The notes beneath the pieces were generated by a model that saw nothing but the letters and a program-made list of their open reading frames with translations, did no database searches and had not been told where the DNA came from. A program made the translations under genes and the position numbers. Below are positions 8,838 through 19,281 of a stretch of DNA of 64,000 nucleotides, piece by piece (position 1 is the stretch's first letter; each line of letters opens with the position of its first letter). The DNA comes from Dehalococcoidia bacterium (GTDB lineage: Bacteria; Chloroflexota; Dehalococcoidia; UBA2979). The DNA lies in contig CAXXDN010000002.1 of the NCBI GenBank assembly GCA_963667465.2, positions 352,001-416,000 on the forward strand, given 5' to 3'.

Positions 8838-9530
8838 GTGACGCTGCCGCGGGACGCGGGTACGGACGAACCGCGCGGCCGCCTCTGGCTTGCCGACCTG
8901 CTCTGGCGCATCGGCTGCGTGCAGTTCGGCGACTTCTCGCTGGGGCGCACCGTCCGCAACTCGCCGATCTACATCAATCCCAAGCTGATCGTCTCTCAGC
9001 CCGAGGCGCTCGCACGCGTCGGGGCGTTGATCGACGAGGAGCTGCGGCTCGCGATGTCGATGCGCAACCCGCACGTGGAGCGTTTCGACGTGATCGCGGG
9101 CGTCCCAATCGGCGGGTTGCACATCGCGACCGCGCTCTCGCTGCAGATGCGCATGCCGCTCATCTACGCCCGTCCGCGCGCGGCCGGCGACGATCCCGGG
9201 CAGCGGCCGCAGATCGAGGGCAGCTACCGGCCCGGCCAGACCGCACTGATCGTCGACGACCTCGCGGCGGGCGGAGGATCGCTCGTCGAGGCGGTGGAGA
9301 GCCTGCGCCGCGCGGGCCTGCGGGTGCGCGACGCCGCGGTGCTCATCGACCGCGAGCAGGGCGCGACGCGGCGCCTCGAGGCGCTCGGCGTGCGGCTGCA
9401 CCCGACGCTCACGCTGGAGGTGCTGCTCACCTTCCTGCACGGCGAAGAGCGGATCGACCCGGACGACTACCGCGCCTCGATGGCCTACCTGCACCGCGAG
9501 GGCGAGCCGCGCTCCGAGTTCGACCAGTAG
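8838..9530 (+). CDS. pyrE: Orotate phosphoribosyltransferase-like protein
   Basis: FGDFSL, SPIYIN, IAGVPIGG, LIVDDLAAGGGS, LIDREQG. Confidence 0.8.
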   Translation: MTLPRDAGTDEPRGRLWLADLLWRIGCVQFGDFSLGRTVRNSPIYINPKLIVSQPEALARVGALIDEELRLAMSMRNPHVERFDVIAGVPIGGLHIATALSLQMRMPLIYARPRAAGDDPGQRPQIEGSYRPGQTALIVDDLAAGGGSLVEAVESLRRAGLRVRDAAVLIDREQGATRRLEALGVRLHPTLTLEVLLTFLHGEERIDPDDYRASMAYLHREGEPRSEFDQ

Positions 9531-9626
9531 CCTGCCTGGCCTGCTCCGCGGGCGTTCCGCGGTGGCTCTGCTACACTCGCGCAGGACACCGATTTCAGGC
9601 CTGACCCACGCCGAGAGGAACGACCG

Positions 9627-9962
9627 ATGGCCGTCAAGAACGAGCTGGAGCCCTTCACGCGCATCGACGTGCACGAGGCGAACGAGATGATCGAGCAGGG
9701 CGACGTGCAGGTGGTCGACACGCGCGAGCCGTACGAGCACGCCGAGGGCCACGTGCCCGGCTCCCTCAACATCCCGCACATGGCTACCCTGCCGCGCGTC
9801 GGGGAACTGGCGACCGACCGCCCCATTCTCTTCATCTGCAAGGCTGGCCAGCGCTCCGCCGTCGCCGCCGAGTTCGCCGCCACCATGGGCCTCACCGACC
9901 TCTACAACGTCGAGGGCGGGCACGACGAGTGGCGCGAGGCCGGCTACCCGATCGAGCTGTAG
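9627..9962 (+). CDS. Rhodanese-like sulfurtransferase
   Basis: VDTREPYE, GHVPGS, ICKAGQRS, NVEGG. Confidence 0.9.
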   Translation: MAVKNELEPFTRIDVHEANEMIEQGDVQVVDTREPYEHAEGHVPGSLNIPHMATLPRVGELATDRPILFICKAGQRSAVAAEFAATMGLTDLYNVEGGHDEWREAGYPIEL

Positions 9963-9987
9963 CGGCGAGCGCGCCGCGCGCACGCGG

Positions 9988-10698
9988 ATGACCGCCGACC
10001 CCGGCAGCCCCGAGGCCCGCTGCTACCTGCTGTTCGACATCGACGGCACGCTGATGGAGGCCGAGGGCGCGGGCCGCGCCGCCCTCGAACGCGCCTACGA
10101 CGAGGTGACCGGCGTCCCCGGCGCGCTGGACGGCGTGATCTTCGCCGGCCGCACCGACCACTGGATCGTCTCCGAGGTGGAGCGCACGAGCGGCGTGAGC
10201 ATCGACCGGGAGACGTTCGTGCCGCGCTACCTTGAAATCCTCGAGGAGGAGCTGGACGCGCGGAATCCGCGGGCGCTGCCGGGAGTCGCCGAGCTGCTGA
10301 AGCGGCTCGCGGCGCGCGCCGACGTGGTGCTCGGGCTCTGCACGGGCAACATGCGGGCGGGCGCCTTCGCCAAGCTGCGCAGCGCCGGCCTCGACGGCTA
10401 CTTCGCCACGGGCGGCTTTGGCGACCGCCACGAGGACCGCGTGGACGTGACGCGCGAGGCGGTGCAGGCACTCGGTTGGACGCGCGGTGCGCCGCTGGCG
10501 CACGTCGGCGACACCGAGCACGACATCCACGCCGCGCACGCCATCGGGGCGGCGGCGATCGGCGTCGCCACCGGCTGGCACAGCGCCGACCAGCTGCGCG
10601 AGGTGGACGCCGACCTGCTGCTGCAGGACCTCTCGGGCGGCGAGGCCACCGTGGCGGCGCTGCTTGCGGTGGCGCGCACCGCGGCCCCGGGCGCATGA
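9988..10698 (+). CDS. HAD-family hydrolase
   Basis: LFDIDGTL, FAGRTD, TGN, HVGDTEHD. Confidence 0.9.
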   Translation: MTADPGSPEARCYLLFDIDGTLMEAEGAGRAALERAYDEVTGVPGALDGVIFAGRTDHWIVSEVERTSGVSIDRETFVPRYLEILEEELDARNPRALPGVAELLKRLAARADVVLGLCTGNMRAGAFAKLRSAGLDGYFATGGFGDRHEDRVDVTREAVQALGWTRGAPLAHVGDTEHDIHAAHAIGAAAIGVATGWHSADQLREVDADLLLQDLSGGEATVAALLAVARTAAPGA

Positions 10699-11920
10699 GC
10701 GTCAGCGGCGAGGTCACACACGACGTCGCCGTCATCGGCGCGGGCATTGTCGGCCTTGCGACGGCGAAGGCGCTGCTGGAGCGCTGGCCGCAACTGCGGG
10801 TCTGCGTGCTGGAGAAGGACGCGCGCGTCGCCGGCCAGCAGACCTCGCACAACAGCGGCGTGATCCACTCCGGCATCTACTACCGGCCGGGCTCGCTGAA
10901 GAGCGAGTTCTGCGTGCGCGGCCGGGACGCCCTCGTGCGCTTCTGCGAGGAGCACGCGATCCCCCACGAGCTCTGCGGCAAGCTGATCGTCGCCACGCGC
11001 GAGGAGGAGCTGCCGCGCCTCGAGACACTCGCGGAGCGGGCGACGGCGAACGGGGTCCGGGGGCACGAGCTCGTGGGGCCGGAGCGGGTGGCCGAGATCG
11101 AGCCGCACGTGCGCGCCCTGCGGGCGCTGTGGGTGCCCTCGACGGGCATCGTCGACTTCACGCTGCTCGCCGAGGCCTACGCGGGCATCGTCCGCGAGGC
11201 GGGCGGCGAACTGCTGCTCAACGCTCCCGTCGAGGCCTCGCATGTGGCCGGCGGGGTGCGCTACGTGCGGGCGGGCGAGGTGGAGCGCTCGGCGCGGCTG
11301 TTCGTGAACTGCGCAGGGCTGCACGCCGACCGCGTGGCGCGGCGGCTGGGGGCGAACACCCCGATGCGGATCGTGCCCTTCCGGGGCGAGTACTACACGC
11401 TGCGGCCGGAGCGGGCGGACCTCGTGCGCGGGTTGATCTACCCGTGCCGGACCCGGCGCTGCCCTTCCTCGGGGTGCACTTCACGCGCAACATGCGCGGC
11501 TACGTCGAGGCCGGCCCCAACGCCGTGCTGGCGAGCGCGCGCGAGGGCTACCGCAAGCGCGACGTGAACCTCGGCGATGTCTGGGAGATCGCGCGCTACG
11601 GGGGATTCTGGCGCGTCGCGCTGCGCGAGTGGCGGACGGGGCTCAAGGAGGTCCACCGCTCGCTGCGCAAGTCCGTCTTCGTGCGCGACCTGCAACGGCT
11701 GGTCCCGGAGGTTCGCAGCGAGGACCTCAGCACGGGCGGCTCCGGCGTGCGCGCGCAGGCCGTCGCGCCCGACGGCACGCTGCTCGACGACTTCCTGATC
11801 GAGCACACGGAGGCGGCGCTGCACGTGCTCAACGCGCCTTCCCCGGGGGCGACCTCCTCGCTGCTGATCGGCGAGCACATCGCCTCGATGGCCGGGGAGA
11901 TGCTCGGGCTGGCCGCCTGA
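10695..11920 (+). CDS. lhgO: L-2-hydroxyglutarate oxidase with an apparent 1-nt frameshift near 11442
   Basis: N-terminal part (IGAGIVG, QTSHNSGVIHSGIYY, PFRGEY, GLIYP) and C-terminal part (VPDPALPFLGVHFT, GVRAQA, NAPSPGAT) lie in different frames; ATC TAC CC GTG lacks one base. Confidence 0.85.
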
Positions 11921-12023
11921 CGGCGCTGTGCTCCGGCGCGGCCGGGCAACCCGGTCGGGGACGCGGCACATTGCGCGCGTTGTAACCTAGCCCCCAGCGC
12001 CGGTGCAGCCGAAGGAGCACGAC

Positions 12024-14561
12024 ATGGCGACGCCTCTCATGCCCGACGGCGCTCCACCCCCGCTCGAGGGCGTGCGAGCGATCGAGGTTGCCTCGGGGCT
12101 GGCGGTCGCCTACTGCGGGCGGCTGCTGGCGCAGAGTGGCGTCGAGGTGGTCCGCATCGAGCCGCCCGGCGGCGACGCCATTCGCCGAGCCGGGCCGTTC
12201 AGGGATGACCGTTCGGACATCGACGGCGGCGGGCTGCACCGGCTGCTCAACGCGGGCAAGCGCAGCGTCGCGCTCGACCTCACGACGGCCGAGGGCGTCG
12301 AGGCGCTGGAGCCGCTGCTGCGCGGCAGCGCGCTGCTCATCGGGAGCTGGCGCACGCCCTCGGCGCTGCCGCTCGCCGAGCCGGAGCAGATGCGCGAGCG
12401 CTTCCCGGACACGACGTACCTCTCGATCAGCGAGTTCGGCGTCGACGGGCCATACGCCTCGCACCAGGCGGACAGCCATATCATCGAGGCGCTCGCCGGG
12501 AACTCCTACGTGAGTGGCGACCCCGATCGCGAGCCGCTCAGCTCCGGCGTCGAGCTTGCCGACTACTTCGGCGCGGTCGTCGGCTGGATCGGCGCGCTCG
12601 CGGCCATCGCGGAGGCGCGGGCCGGGGAGCGCCCCGGCTTCGTCGATGTCTCGACCCACGAGACGCTGACGATGACCGACGACCACAATCTGTCGGTCTA
12701 CCTCGGCACCGGCGGGGTGCGGCGCCGCTACTACTCGCGCATCCTGCCGGGCTACCCCTCGGACATCTTCGCCTGCAAGGACGGCCACATCGCCTTCGTC
12801 ACCGCCGGGCCCGGCGGGCGGGACTTCGCCGGCAACATCTCCAAGCTGGTCGAGCAGCCCGAGCTGGCGATGCACCCGCTCTTCACCAACGTGGCCGCGC
12901 GGCTGGTGCACTGGCGCGAGTTCGACGAGCTGGTCAAGCCGTGGTTCGAGTCGCACACCGCGCGCGAGATCTTCCTGCGCACCGGCGAGCTCGACCTGGG
13001 CTTCGGCGAGGTGGCGACCGTGCCCGACCTGCTCGACGACCCACACCTCGAGGCGCGCGGCTACTGGCGCGCCGAGATCGACGCGAACGGCGAGGCCACG
13101 GGCGGAGTGCTCCCCGGCCCGGCGGGGAGGTTCACGGAGAGCCCGTTGCTGATCGGCCCCGAAGCGCCCGCCCTCGGCGAGGCGAACGCGCTGCTATCCG
13201 AGGCGGCTGGGGCGGACGAGCCGGCCGTGCCGGCCTTCGCCACGCGGCACGAGGCGCCAAGCGGACGCCTGCGCTACTTCGAGGGCATCCGCGTGGTGGA
13301 CCTCTCGCGCGGCTGGACGGGATCGCTTGCCGGCCGGCTGCTCTCGGAGATCGGCGCCGACGTGGTGAAGGTCGAGTACGCGCGTCCGCCGCACTCCTCG
13401 ATCGGCCCCGCCTACTTCACGGCGCGACAGGCAAGCAAGCGATCGGCGGCGCTCAACCTGCGATCGCCCGAGGGCCGGGAGCTGATGCTGCGCCTGCTCG
13501 AGCGCGCGGATGTCTTCGTCGAGAACTTCCCACCGCGCGTCACACGCGGGCTGCACCTGACCTACCCGGAGATCGCGGACCGCTGCCCGCGCCTCGTGAT
13601 GTGCTCGATCGCCGGGTTCGGGCAGTCCGGCCCCAACGGCGAGCGATCGGCGGTGGGCATGACGATGGAGGCCGCCTCGGGGCCCGCCGCCGTCACGGGC
13701 TACCCCGGCGAGCCGCCGCTCAAGACCGGCCAGACCTGGGTCGACCCCTTCACCGGCCTCAACGGTGTCGGCGCGATCATCGCTGCGCTGATGCGCCGCG
13801 AGGTGACGGGGCGCGGCCAACGCATCGACGTTTCGATGCAGGAGTCGACGGTGCCGACGCTCGGGCCGCACCTCGCGGACTACCTGCTTAACGGTCGGCT
13901 GCACGGCGGCGCTGGCAACCGCCGTCCGGGCATGGTGCGCGGCGCCTACCCGTGCGCGGGCGAGGACGAATGGGTCGCGATCTCGCTGCGTAACTACCCC
14001 GAGTGGGAGGCGTTCTGCCGTGCGAGCGGGCATGACGCCTGGCTCTCCGACCACCGCTTCGCGAGCGCCGAGGCGCGCACGCGGCTCCACGACGAGATCG
14101 ACGCGCTGATCGCGGACTGGACGCGCGAGCGCTCGAAGTCGGAGGTTGCGGAGCTGCTACAGGCCGCCGGGGTCCCGGCCGCCGGGGTGCTGAAGGCGGA
14201 CGAGATCCTGCTCGACCCGCACCTCCGCGCCCGCGAGTTCTTCGACCCCGTCTATGTCGAGGATCTTGGCCCCGTACCGCTCCAGCGCTACTTCCCGGCG
14301 AAGTTCGACGGCCGAGGCTTCCCCACGCGCAATCCCGTGCCTCCCTTCGGCGAGCACACGGCCGAGGCCTTGATGGAGGTTGGCCTCACCGAGGCCGAGG
14401 CACGAGAGGCCGCGGGCTCGCAGGGTCTCGTTGCGCCCTCGGCGGGCTGGTGGGACCCGGACGTGGTCGCGGCCCGCGACGAGGAGTTCGCGGACTACGC
14501 CGGGCTCGGCTCGATCCTGCGCTTCGACGCGGACTTCCTCGAGCGGGTGCGCCTCGGGTAG
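12024..14561 (+). CDS. Family III (CaiB/BaiF) CoA-transferase, two-domain fusion
   Basis: Two repeats: LEGVRAIE...LNAGKRSVALDL and FEGIRVVDL...SKRSAALNL; RBS AAGGAG. Confidence 0.9.
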   Translation: MATPLMPDGAPPPLEGVRAIEVASGLAVAYCGRLLAQSGVEVVRIEPPGGDAIRRAGPFRDDRSDIDGGGLHRLLNAGKRSVALDLTTAEGVEALEPLLRGSALLIGSWRTPSALPLAEPEQMRERFPDTTYLSISEFGVDGPYASHQADSHIIEALAGNSYVSGDPDREPLSSGVELADYFGAVVGWIGALAAIAEARAGERPGFVDVSTHETLTMTDDHNLSVYLGTGGVRRRYYSRILPGYPSDIFACKDGHIAFVTAGPGGRDFAGNISKLVEQPELAMHPLFTNVAARLVHWREFDELVKPWFESHTAREIFLRTGELDLGFGEVATVPDLLDDPHLEARGYWRAEIDANGEATGGVLPGPAGRFTESPLLIGPEAPALGEANALLSEAAGADEPAVPAFATRHEAPSGRLRYFEGIRVVDLSRGWTGSLAGRLLSEIGADVVKVEYARPPHSSIGPAYFTARQASKRSAALNLRSPEGRELMLRLLERADVFVENFPPRVTRGLHLTYPEIADRCPRLVMCSIAGFGQSGPNGERSAVGMTMEAASGPAAVTGYPGEPPLKTGQTWVDPFTGLNGVGAIIAALMRREVTGRGQRIDVSMQESTVPTLGPHLADYLLNGRLHGGAGNRRPGMVRGAYPCAGEDEWVAISLRNYPEWEAFCRASGHDAWLSDHRFASAEARTRLHDEIDALIADWTRERSKSEVAELLQAAGVPAAGVLKADEILLDPHLRAREFFDPVYVEDLGPVPLQRYFPAKFDGRGFPTRNPVPPFGEHTAEALMEVGLTEAEAREAAGSQGLVAPSAGWWDPDVVAARDEEFADYAGLGSILRFDADFLERVRLG

Positions 14562-14608
14562 TCCGTACGGCGGGCCCCGCCCGCCTCGTTCGACCAGCAG
14601 GAGGCGAG

Positions 14609-15469
14609 ATGGATCCCACGCACGCATTGCGACCGTCGCTCGAGGAGGCCCGCGCGGCCTGGACGAGGCTGGTCGACGCCGACGCCGAGCAGGTCGCGCG
14701 CGTGCGCGAGCCCGAGCCCGCGCACGACTTCTATGCGCCGGTCGCGGGGACGTTCCGGCCTTCGGAGTCCTCGGCGGCAGAATTCGCAATCCTCGACTCC
14801 CTCGCGCAGCCCGAGGATCGCTGGCTCGACATCGGCGCGGGCGGCGGCCGCTTCGCGCGGCCGCTCGCGCGCCGGGTCAGTGAGGTCATCGCCATCGAGC
14901 CCTCGCCGGCGATGCGTGCGGTGCTTGCCGAGGGCGTGGAGGCGGACGGGCTGACGAACCTGTCCGTCCACGATGCGCGCTGGCCGGTGGAGGGCTGGCC
15001 GGTGGAGGGCTGGGCGGAGCAGGCGGACGTCACCCTGGCCGCCCATTGCCTCTACGACAATCGCGAGCCGCTCCCCTTCCTCGCGGCGATGGAACGGCAC
15101 GCGCGGCGCCTCTGCGTGGTGTCGCTCGCGCGGTTCCCCAGGGGCACGCAGTTCGCCGAGCTGTTCGAGGCGGTCCACGAGGAACCGTTCCAGCAGCTCC
15201 CGGCATTGCATGAGTTCGTGGCGCTGCTCGGTGCGCTCGGGCGCTCCTACGAGGTGCGGCGCGTGTGGGCCGGTGCGCCCGCGGAGCCGATCGACCCCGA
15301 GCACGCGCGGAGCTTCGTGCGGCGCATGCTCTGGCTGCAGCCCGGTTCGGAGAAGGACCGGCGGATGTGCGGTCTCATCGACGAGTGGTGGGGAGGGCCG
15401 TCCGGCGTCCTGCTGCCACTGGGACTGCGGGAGGTCGGGATGGTCAGTTGGCGAACATCGGACATATAG
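14609..15469 (+). CDS. Class I SAM-dependent methyltransferase
   Basis: WLDIGAGGGRF, AIEPSPAM; GGAGG RBS; internal 15-bp duplication (WPVEG x2). Confidence 0.85.
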   Translation: MDPTHALRPSLEEARAAWTRLVDADAEQVARVREPEPAHDFYAPVAGTFRPSESSAAEFAILDSLAQPEDRWLDIGAGGGRFARPLARRVSEVIAIEPSPAMRAVLAEGVEADGLTNLSVHDARWPVEGWPVEGWAEQADVTLAAHCLYDNREPLPFLAAMERHARRLCVVSLARFPRGTQFAELFEAVHEEPFQQLPALHEFVALLGALGRSYEVRRVWAGAPAEPIDPEHARSFVRRMLWLQPGSEKDRRMCGLIDEWWGGPSGVLLPLGLREVGMVSWRTSDI

Positions 15470-15514
15470 GCGACCGCGCTCCGATATGATGGCGCTCGCC
15501 TGGGGAGGTGCGGA

Positions 15515-17161
15515 ATGGCTGAGAACTCTGGATCGGAAGTGCTTGCGCGTCAGATGCGCGAGGAGGGGGTCGAAGACCTCTTCTACCTGATGGGTGGCCC
15601 CATCATCGAAACCGCCGGGTTCGCCGGTGACTTCGGCATCCGCACGATCGACTGCCGCCACGAGCAGGGCGCCGCGATGGCCGCGCACGGCTACGCGCGC
15701 GTCAAGCGCTCGCCGGGCATCTGCCTCGCCGCCTCCGGGCCGGCGACCACCAACCTGCTCACCGGCGTCGCCAACGCCTATCTCGACGGCGTTCCGATGG
15801 TGGCGCTGGGTGGCGCGGCCGCGATCCGCGCCTTCGACAGCGACGCCTTCCAGGAATACGACCAGCTCACGATGGCCAGGCCCGTCACCCGCTGGGCCGC
15901 GCGTGTCCATCACGCCGACCGCATGGCCGAGTACTTCAACATGGCGATGCGCAAGGCGCAGGGCCCGAAGCCGGGCCCGACCTACCTCGATCTGCCCGGC
16001 GACGCGCTCTACGAGCGGGTCGACGACTCCGGCGTCTGGTTCCCGCCTGGCGGCCAGCGTCCGGCGCGCCCCGCGCCGGACGAGGGCTCCATCGAGCGCG
16101 CGATTGAGATCCTGTCCGAGGCCGAACGCCCGCTGGTGCTCAGCGGCAGTGGCGTCTTCTGGTCCGACGCCGCCGCGGAGCTGCGCGAGTTCATCGACGA
16201 GGCGCGCATCCCCTTCTACACGACGCCGCTCGGGCGCGGCGTCGTCCCCGAGGACCACGAGCTGGCGTTCCTCGCCTCGCGCGGGCAGGCCTTCCGCGAG
16301 GCGGACGCGATCGTCGTCGTCGGCACGCGCTTCAACTTCATCATCTCGTTCGGGCACCCGCCTCGCTTCGCCGAGGACGTGAAGATCATCCAGATCGACA
16401 CCGACTCGACGGAGCTCGGCCACAACCGGCCGATCGAGCTTGGCATCGTCGCCGACGCGAAGCTCGCCCTGCGCGCGCTGATCGACAAGGCGAAGGAGGT
16501 CGGCCTGCAGGGCTCGCAGGACTGGATCGCGCGCCTCGGCGAGAGCGACCACTCGAGGCGTCAGCGGACGCTCGAGCTGGCCGAGTCCGACGCGTCGCCG
16601 ATCCACCCGCTGCGCATCGCGAACGAGATCGTCAACACGGTCGAGCGAGACGCGATCATCTGCATCGACGGCATGGAGACGCTGAACTTCGGCCGGCAAT
16701 GGATTCCCGCGTTCGCCGAGGGCGGCCGGCTGAACGCCGGACCGAACGGCTGCATGGGCACCGGCATCCCCTTCGCGATGGGAGCGAAGGCCGCGGCGCC
16801 GGGCCGCCAGGTGGTCGCCTTCATCGGCGACGGTTCGTTCCTGATGAACGTGCAGGAGTTCGACACGATGGTGCGGCACGACCTGCCGATCGTGGCGGTG
16901 ATCAACAACAACGGCGGCTGGACCGGCGGCCCGAACACCACGCCGGGCCGCAGCCTCGGACAGTCTCAGCGCTACCACGACGTCGTCGAGGCGCTGGGCG
17001 GGTACGGCGAACTGGTCACGAAGCCGGAGGAGATCCGCCCGGCCATCGAGCGCGCCTTCGCCAGCGGCAAGCCCGCCTGCGTGCACGTCATCGCCGACGA
17101 GCACGCCCGCGCCAGCACGGTGCCGTTCGGCGGCTACTCGACGATGATGCAGCGCGAGTAG
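15515..17161 (+). CDS. Thiamine-diphosphate enzyme, 2-hydroxyacyl-CoA lyase/oxalyl-CoA decarboxylase-like
   Basis: RHEQGA, SGPATTN, AFQE, GCMGTG, GDGSF...NNNG TPP motif. Confidence 0.85.
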   Translation: MAENSGSEVLARQMREEGVEDLFYLMGGPIIETAGFAGDFGIRTIDCRHEQGAAMAAHGYARVKRSPGICLAASGPATTNLLTGVANAYLDGVPMVALGGAAAIRAFDSDAFQEYDQLTMARPVTRWAARVHHADRMAEYFNMAMRKAQGPKPGPTYLDLPGDALYERVDDSGVWFPPGGQRPARPAPDEGSIERAIEILSEAERPLVLSGSGVFWSDAAAELREFIDEARIPFYTTPLGRGVVPEDHELAFLASRGQAFREADAIVVVGTRFNFIISFGHPPRFAEDVKIIQIDTDSTELGHNRPIELGIVADAKLALRALIDKAKEVGLQGSQDWIARLGESDHSRRQRTLELAESDASPIHPLRIANEIVNTVERDAIICIDGMETLNFGRQWIPAFAEGGRLNAGPNGCMGTGIPFAMGAKAAAPGRQVVAFIGDGSFLMNVQEFDTMVRHDLPIVAVINNNGGWTGGPNTTPGRSLGQSQRYHDVVEALGGYGELVTKPEEIRPAIERAFASGKPACVHVIADEHARASTVPFGGYSTMMQRE

Positions 17162-17179
17162 CCGCCTCGAGGGTCGCGC

Positions 17180-17848
17180 CTACGCGGCAGCCAGCTTGCG
17201 CTCGATTGCAGCGGCGGCGGCGCGGATCGCCGCCAGTTCCGCGCTCACGTCCGGCGGCGCCGGGCGGCTGAGCGTCGCGAGCAGCGGGATCAGCCGCCGG
17301 CCCGGACAGGACGTCGCCTGTGGCAGCGGGTCACCCGACGCGTTCGCCGTGGGCGTGAGTCCGTGCCCGAAGACCGGCGCGCCCGGTGCGGTGAAGCGAA
17401 AGCCCCGGATCTCCTCGACAGCCTCTTCGATCGCCTCGTGCAAGCCGGGCGTCGGCTCGTCGCCGCCCCGGCGCTCGTAGTCGCCGAGGGCGCAGATGCC
17501 GATCGCCTCGAGGTTCCAGAGCACGCCCGTCTCCGGGCTGCGGCCCTTCGTGTGCGCGCGGTGCGTCCCCGCCTTGCCGACGGCGTAGAGTCGCCCGCTC
17601 GGGAAAGCGACGTAGTGGTAGCCGGGCCCGATGCCGAACCGGGTGTGGTGGTCGCGAGCCAGCGAGTGGATGCGCTGCTCCTCGTCACGCCTCGAGGCGT
17701 CCGCGCCGAGCGGCGGTCCGTACCACCCCGCCGCGTGGTGGAGCACGATCGCGCGTACGGGCCACGTGTCGCGGTCCAGCTTCCAGCGCGCCATCCCGTC
17801 CCGCATGAACTCCGTCGCGAAGTAGCGTTCCGTCAGGTCGATGGCCAT
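17180..17848 (-). CDS. N-acetylmuramoyl-L-alanine amidase (Amidase_2/PGRP fold)
   Basis: IVLHH, GYHY, RAHT, FGHG, TSCPG: His/His/Cys zinc ligands and Tyr present. Confidence 0.8.
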   Translation of the reverse strand: MAIDLTERYFATEFMRDGMARWKLDRDTWPVRAIVLHHAAGWYGPPLGADASRRDEEQRIHSLARDHHTRFGIGPGYHYVAFPSGRLYAVGKAGTHRAHTKGRSPETGVLWNLEAIGICALGDYERRGGDEPTPGLHEAIEEAVEEIRGFRFTAPGAPVFGHGLTPTANASGDPLPQATSCPGRRLIPLLATLSRPAPPDVSAELAAIRAAAAAIERKLAAA

Positions 17849-17924
17849 GCGAGCCTCCTCGCCGCGCTGTGTACCCGGCGGAGGGGCGTGCTCGAAGAGG
17901 GGAGTGGCGCTCTGGGTGGCGGCT

Positions 17925-18992
17925 CTAAGACGTGGGGGCGTACACCAGCTGTTGCCGCAGGTCGTTGAACCGATTATGGGGAATGACCTTCTCGTGCTGA
18001 AGTCGCCCGACGACGATTCCCGGCGCGATACCCAGGCGCGAAGCGAAGGCCTCGACGCTCGCCCGGCCGGGGGCTTCGAACGTGGCGAAGTGCTTCCAAT
18101 CATCGGGTGGGATCAGGAAGTCGGCGGCGAAGCGATCGGCGTCGTCCTCGCGCTCGTCTCGCTCCATCCCGTTCCGTACGTCGACGAATATCTCCTTCTG
18201 CGGATGCCTGAGGACGTGGCATGCCTCGTGGAAGAAGGTGAACCAGAAGATGTCGGCCCAGCGGTAGCGGATGTTGATCTGGATCAACGCCTTCTCCGCC
18301 GTGAGCCAGCGGGCAACGCCCTGTGCTCCGGTCTTCGGGAACTCCTGAACGGCTACAAGCGCGACCCCTGCCGAGGCGCACAACTCGTGCATGGGCGACC
18401 AGAAGTCGCTCTCGGTGGTCAAGCCCCGGATTCCCTCGAGAGCAGTCCGGAACCGCGTCTCGTCGTACGGCTCGGTGGGTGTGTCGAATCCCTCGATCTC
18501 GCCGCGCCGTACCCAGGTATGCAACGCGAGCCGGTCCGTCTTCGCCTTCGCAGAAAGGCGGAAGCCGAGGGCCTCGTGCCGCTCGTCCCAGTAGGAGAAG
18601 GATTGGAGACCGAAGAACTGCAGCAGGGCCCGCACTTGATCCGCCACTGAGTCTCCTGGCTGCATCCAGTTGCGTTTCGTCATCTCCCTCACGGGAAACC
18701 GATCCAGCCAGTGGGCCTGCTCCTCGAGTGCTGTTTCCTCCTGGAGCCTCGCTCGCGCGAGGCCGTACATCGACTGGAGGTTCAGCCACACGCGCGCGGG
18801 CGTCCCGAGTACGCGCTCGAGGCCGAGGGCGGTCTCCTCGGAGATGGCCTTGTGGCCGCGGACGACCTCGTTGATGACCTGGACGGGGCGCTCCATGCGG
18901 CGGGCGAGTTCAGACTGCGTCAAGCCGCGCGCCTCGATTTCCTCGCCGAGGTAGACCCCCGGGTGGATCGCGCGGTCAGGCGTGCTAGCCAT
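17925..18992 (-). CDS. higA: HigA-family antitoxin (XRE HTH) fused to ImmA/IrrE metallopeptidase
   Basis: IHPGVYL, LTQSELARRM, WLNLQ, FWFTFFHEACH (HExxH), ADRFA. Confidence 0.9.
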   Translation of the reverse strand: MASTPDRAIHPGVYLGEEIEARGLTQSELARRMERPVQVINEVVRGHKAISEETALGLERVLGTPARVWLNLQSMYGLARARLQEETALEEQAHWLDRFPVREMTKRNWMQPGDSVADQVRALLQFFGLQSFSYWDERHEALGFRLSAKAKTDRLALHTWVRRGEIEGFDTPTEPYDETRFRTALEGIRGLTTESDFWSPMHELCASAGVALVAVQEFPKTGAQGVARWLTAEKALIQINIRYRWADIFWFTFFHEACHVLRHPQKEIFVDVRNGMERDEREDDADRFAADFLIPPDDWKHFATFEAPGRASVEAFASRLGIAPGIVVGRLQHEKVIPHNRFNDLRQQLVYAPTS

Positions 18993-19281
18993 GATAGTCC
19001 TCCACCCCGACGACCCAGAGCATGCGCTCGTCGTCGCCGGGCTCCACGATCAGCCGCCACTTGCCGGTCAGCTTCGCGGCGTACTGCCCTTCCCGGTCGT
19101 GATGCAGCGGATGGAAGGCCAAGAACTGGAACCTGAAGAGGTCGTCCCACACCTCCAATCCGAGGATGAAGTTGACGCGTTCAACGTAGCGGGGGCCTAC
19201 ATCCGTACCCCAACGCCTGGTCGCCTGCGCTTCGCGTTCAAAACAGCGTTGGAGTTGGCGGTTCCCGAACCGTACTTCCAA
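18985..19281 (-). CDS. higB: HigB/RelE-family toxin
   Basis: FHPLHHDREGQYAAKLTGKWRLI, VEDYHG end; overlaps higA start; TTG at 19281 (or GTG at 19290). Confidence 0.88.
   Translation of the reverse strand: MEVRFGNRQLQRCFEREAQATRRWGTDVGPRYVERVNFILGLEVWDDLFRFQFLAFHPLHHDREGQYAAKLTGKWRLIVEPGDDERMLWVVGVEDYHG

Noticed and set aside
17180-17848. Prophage around the amidase
   Set aside because: No holin, structural, terminase or integrase genes nearby.
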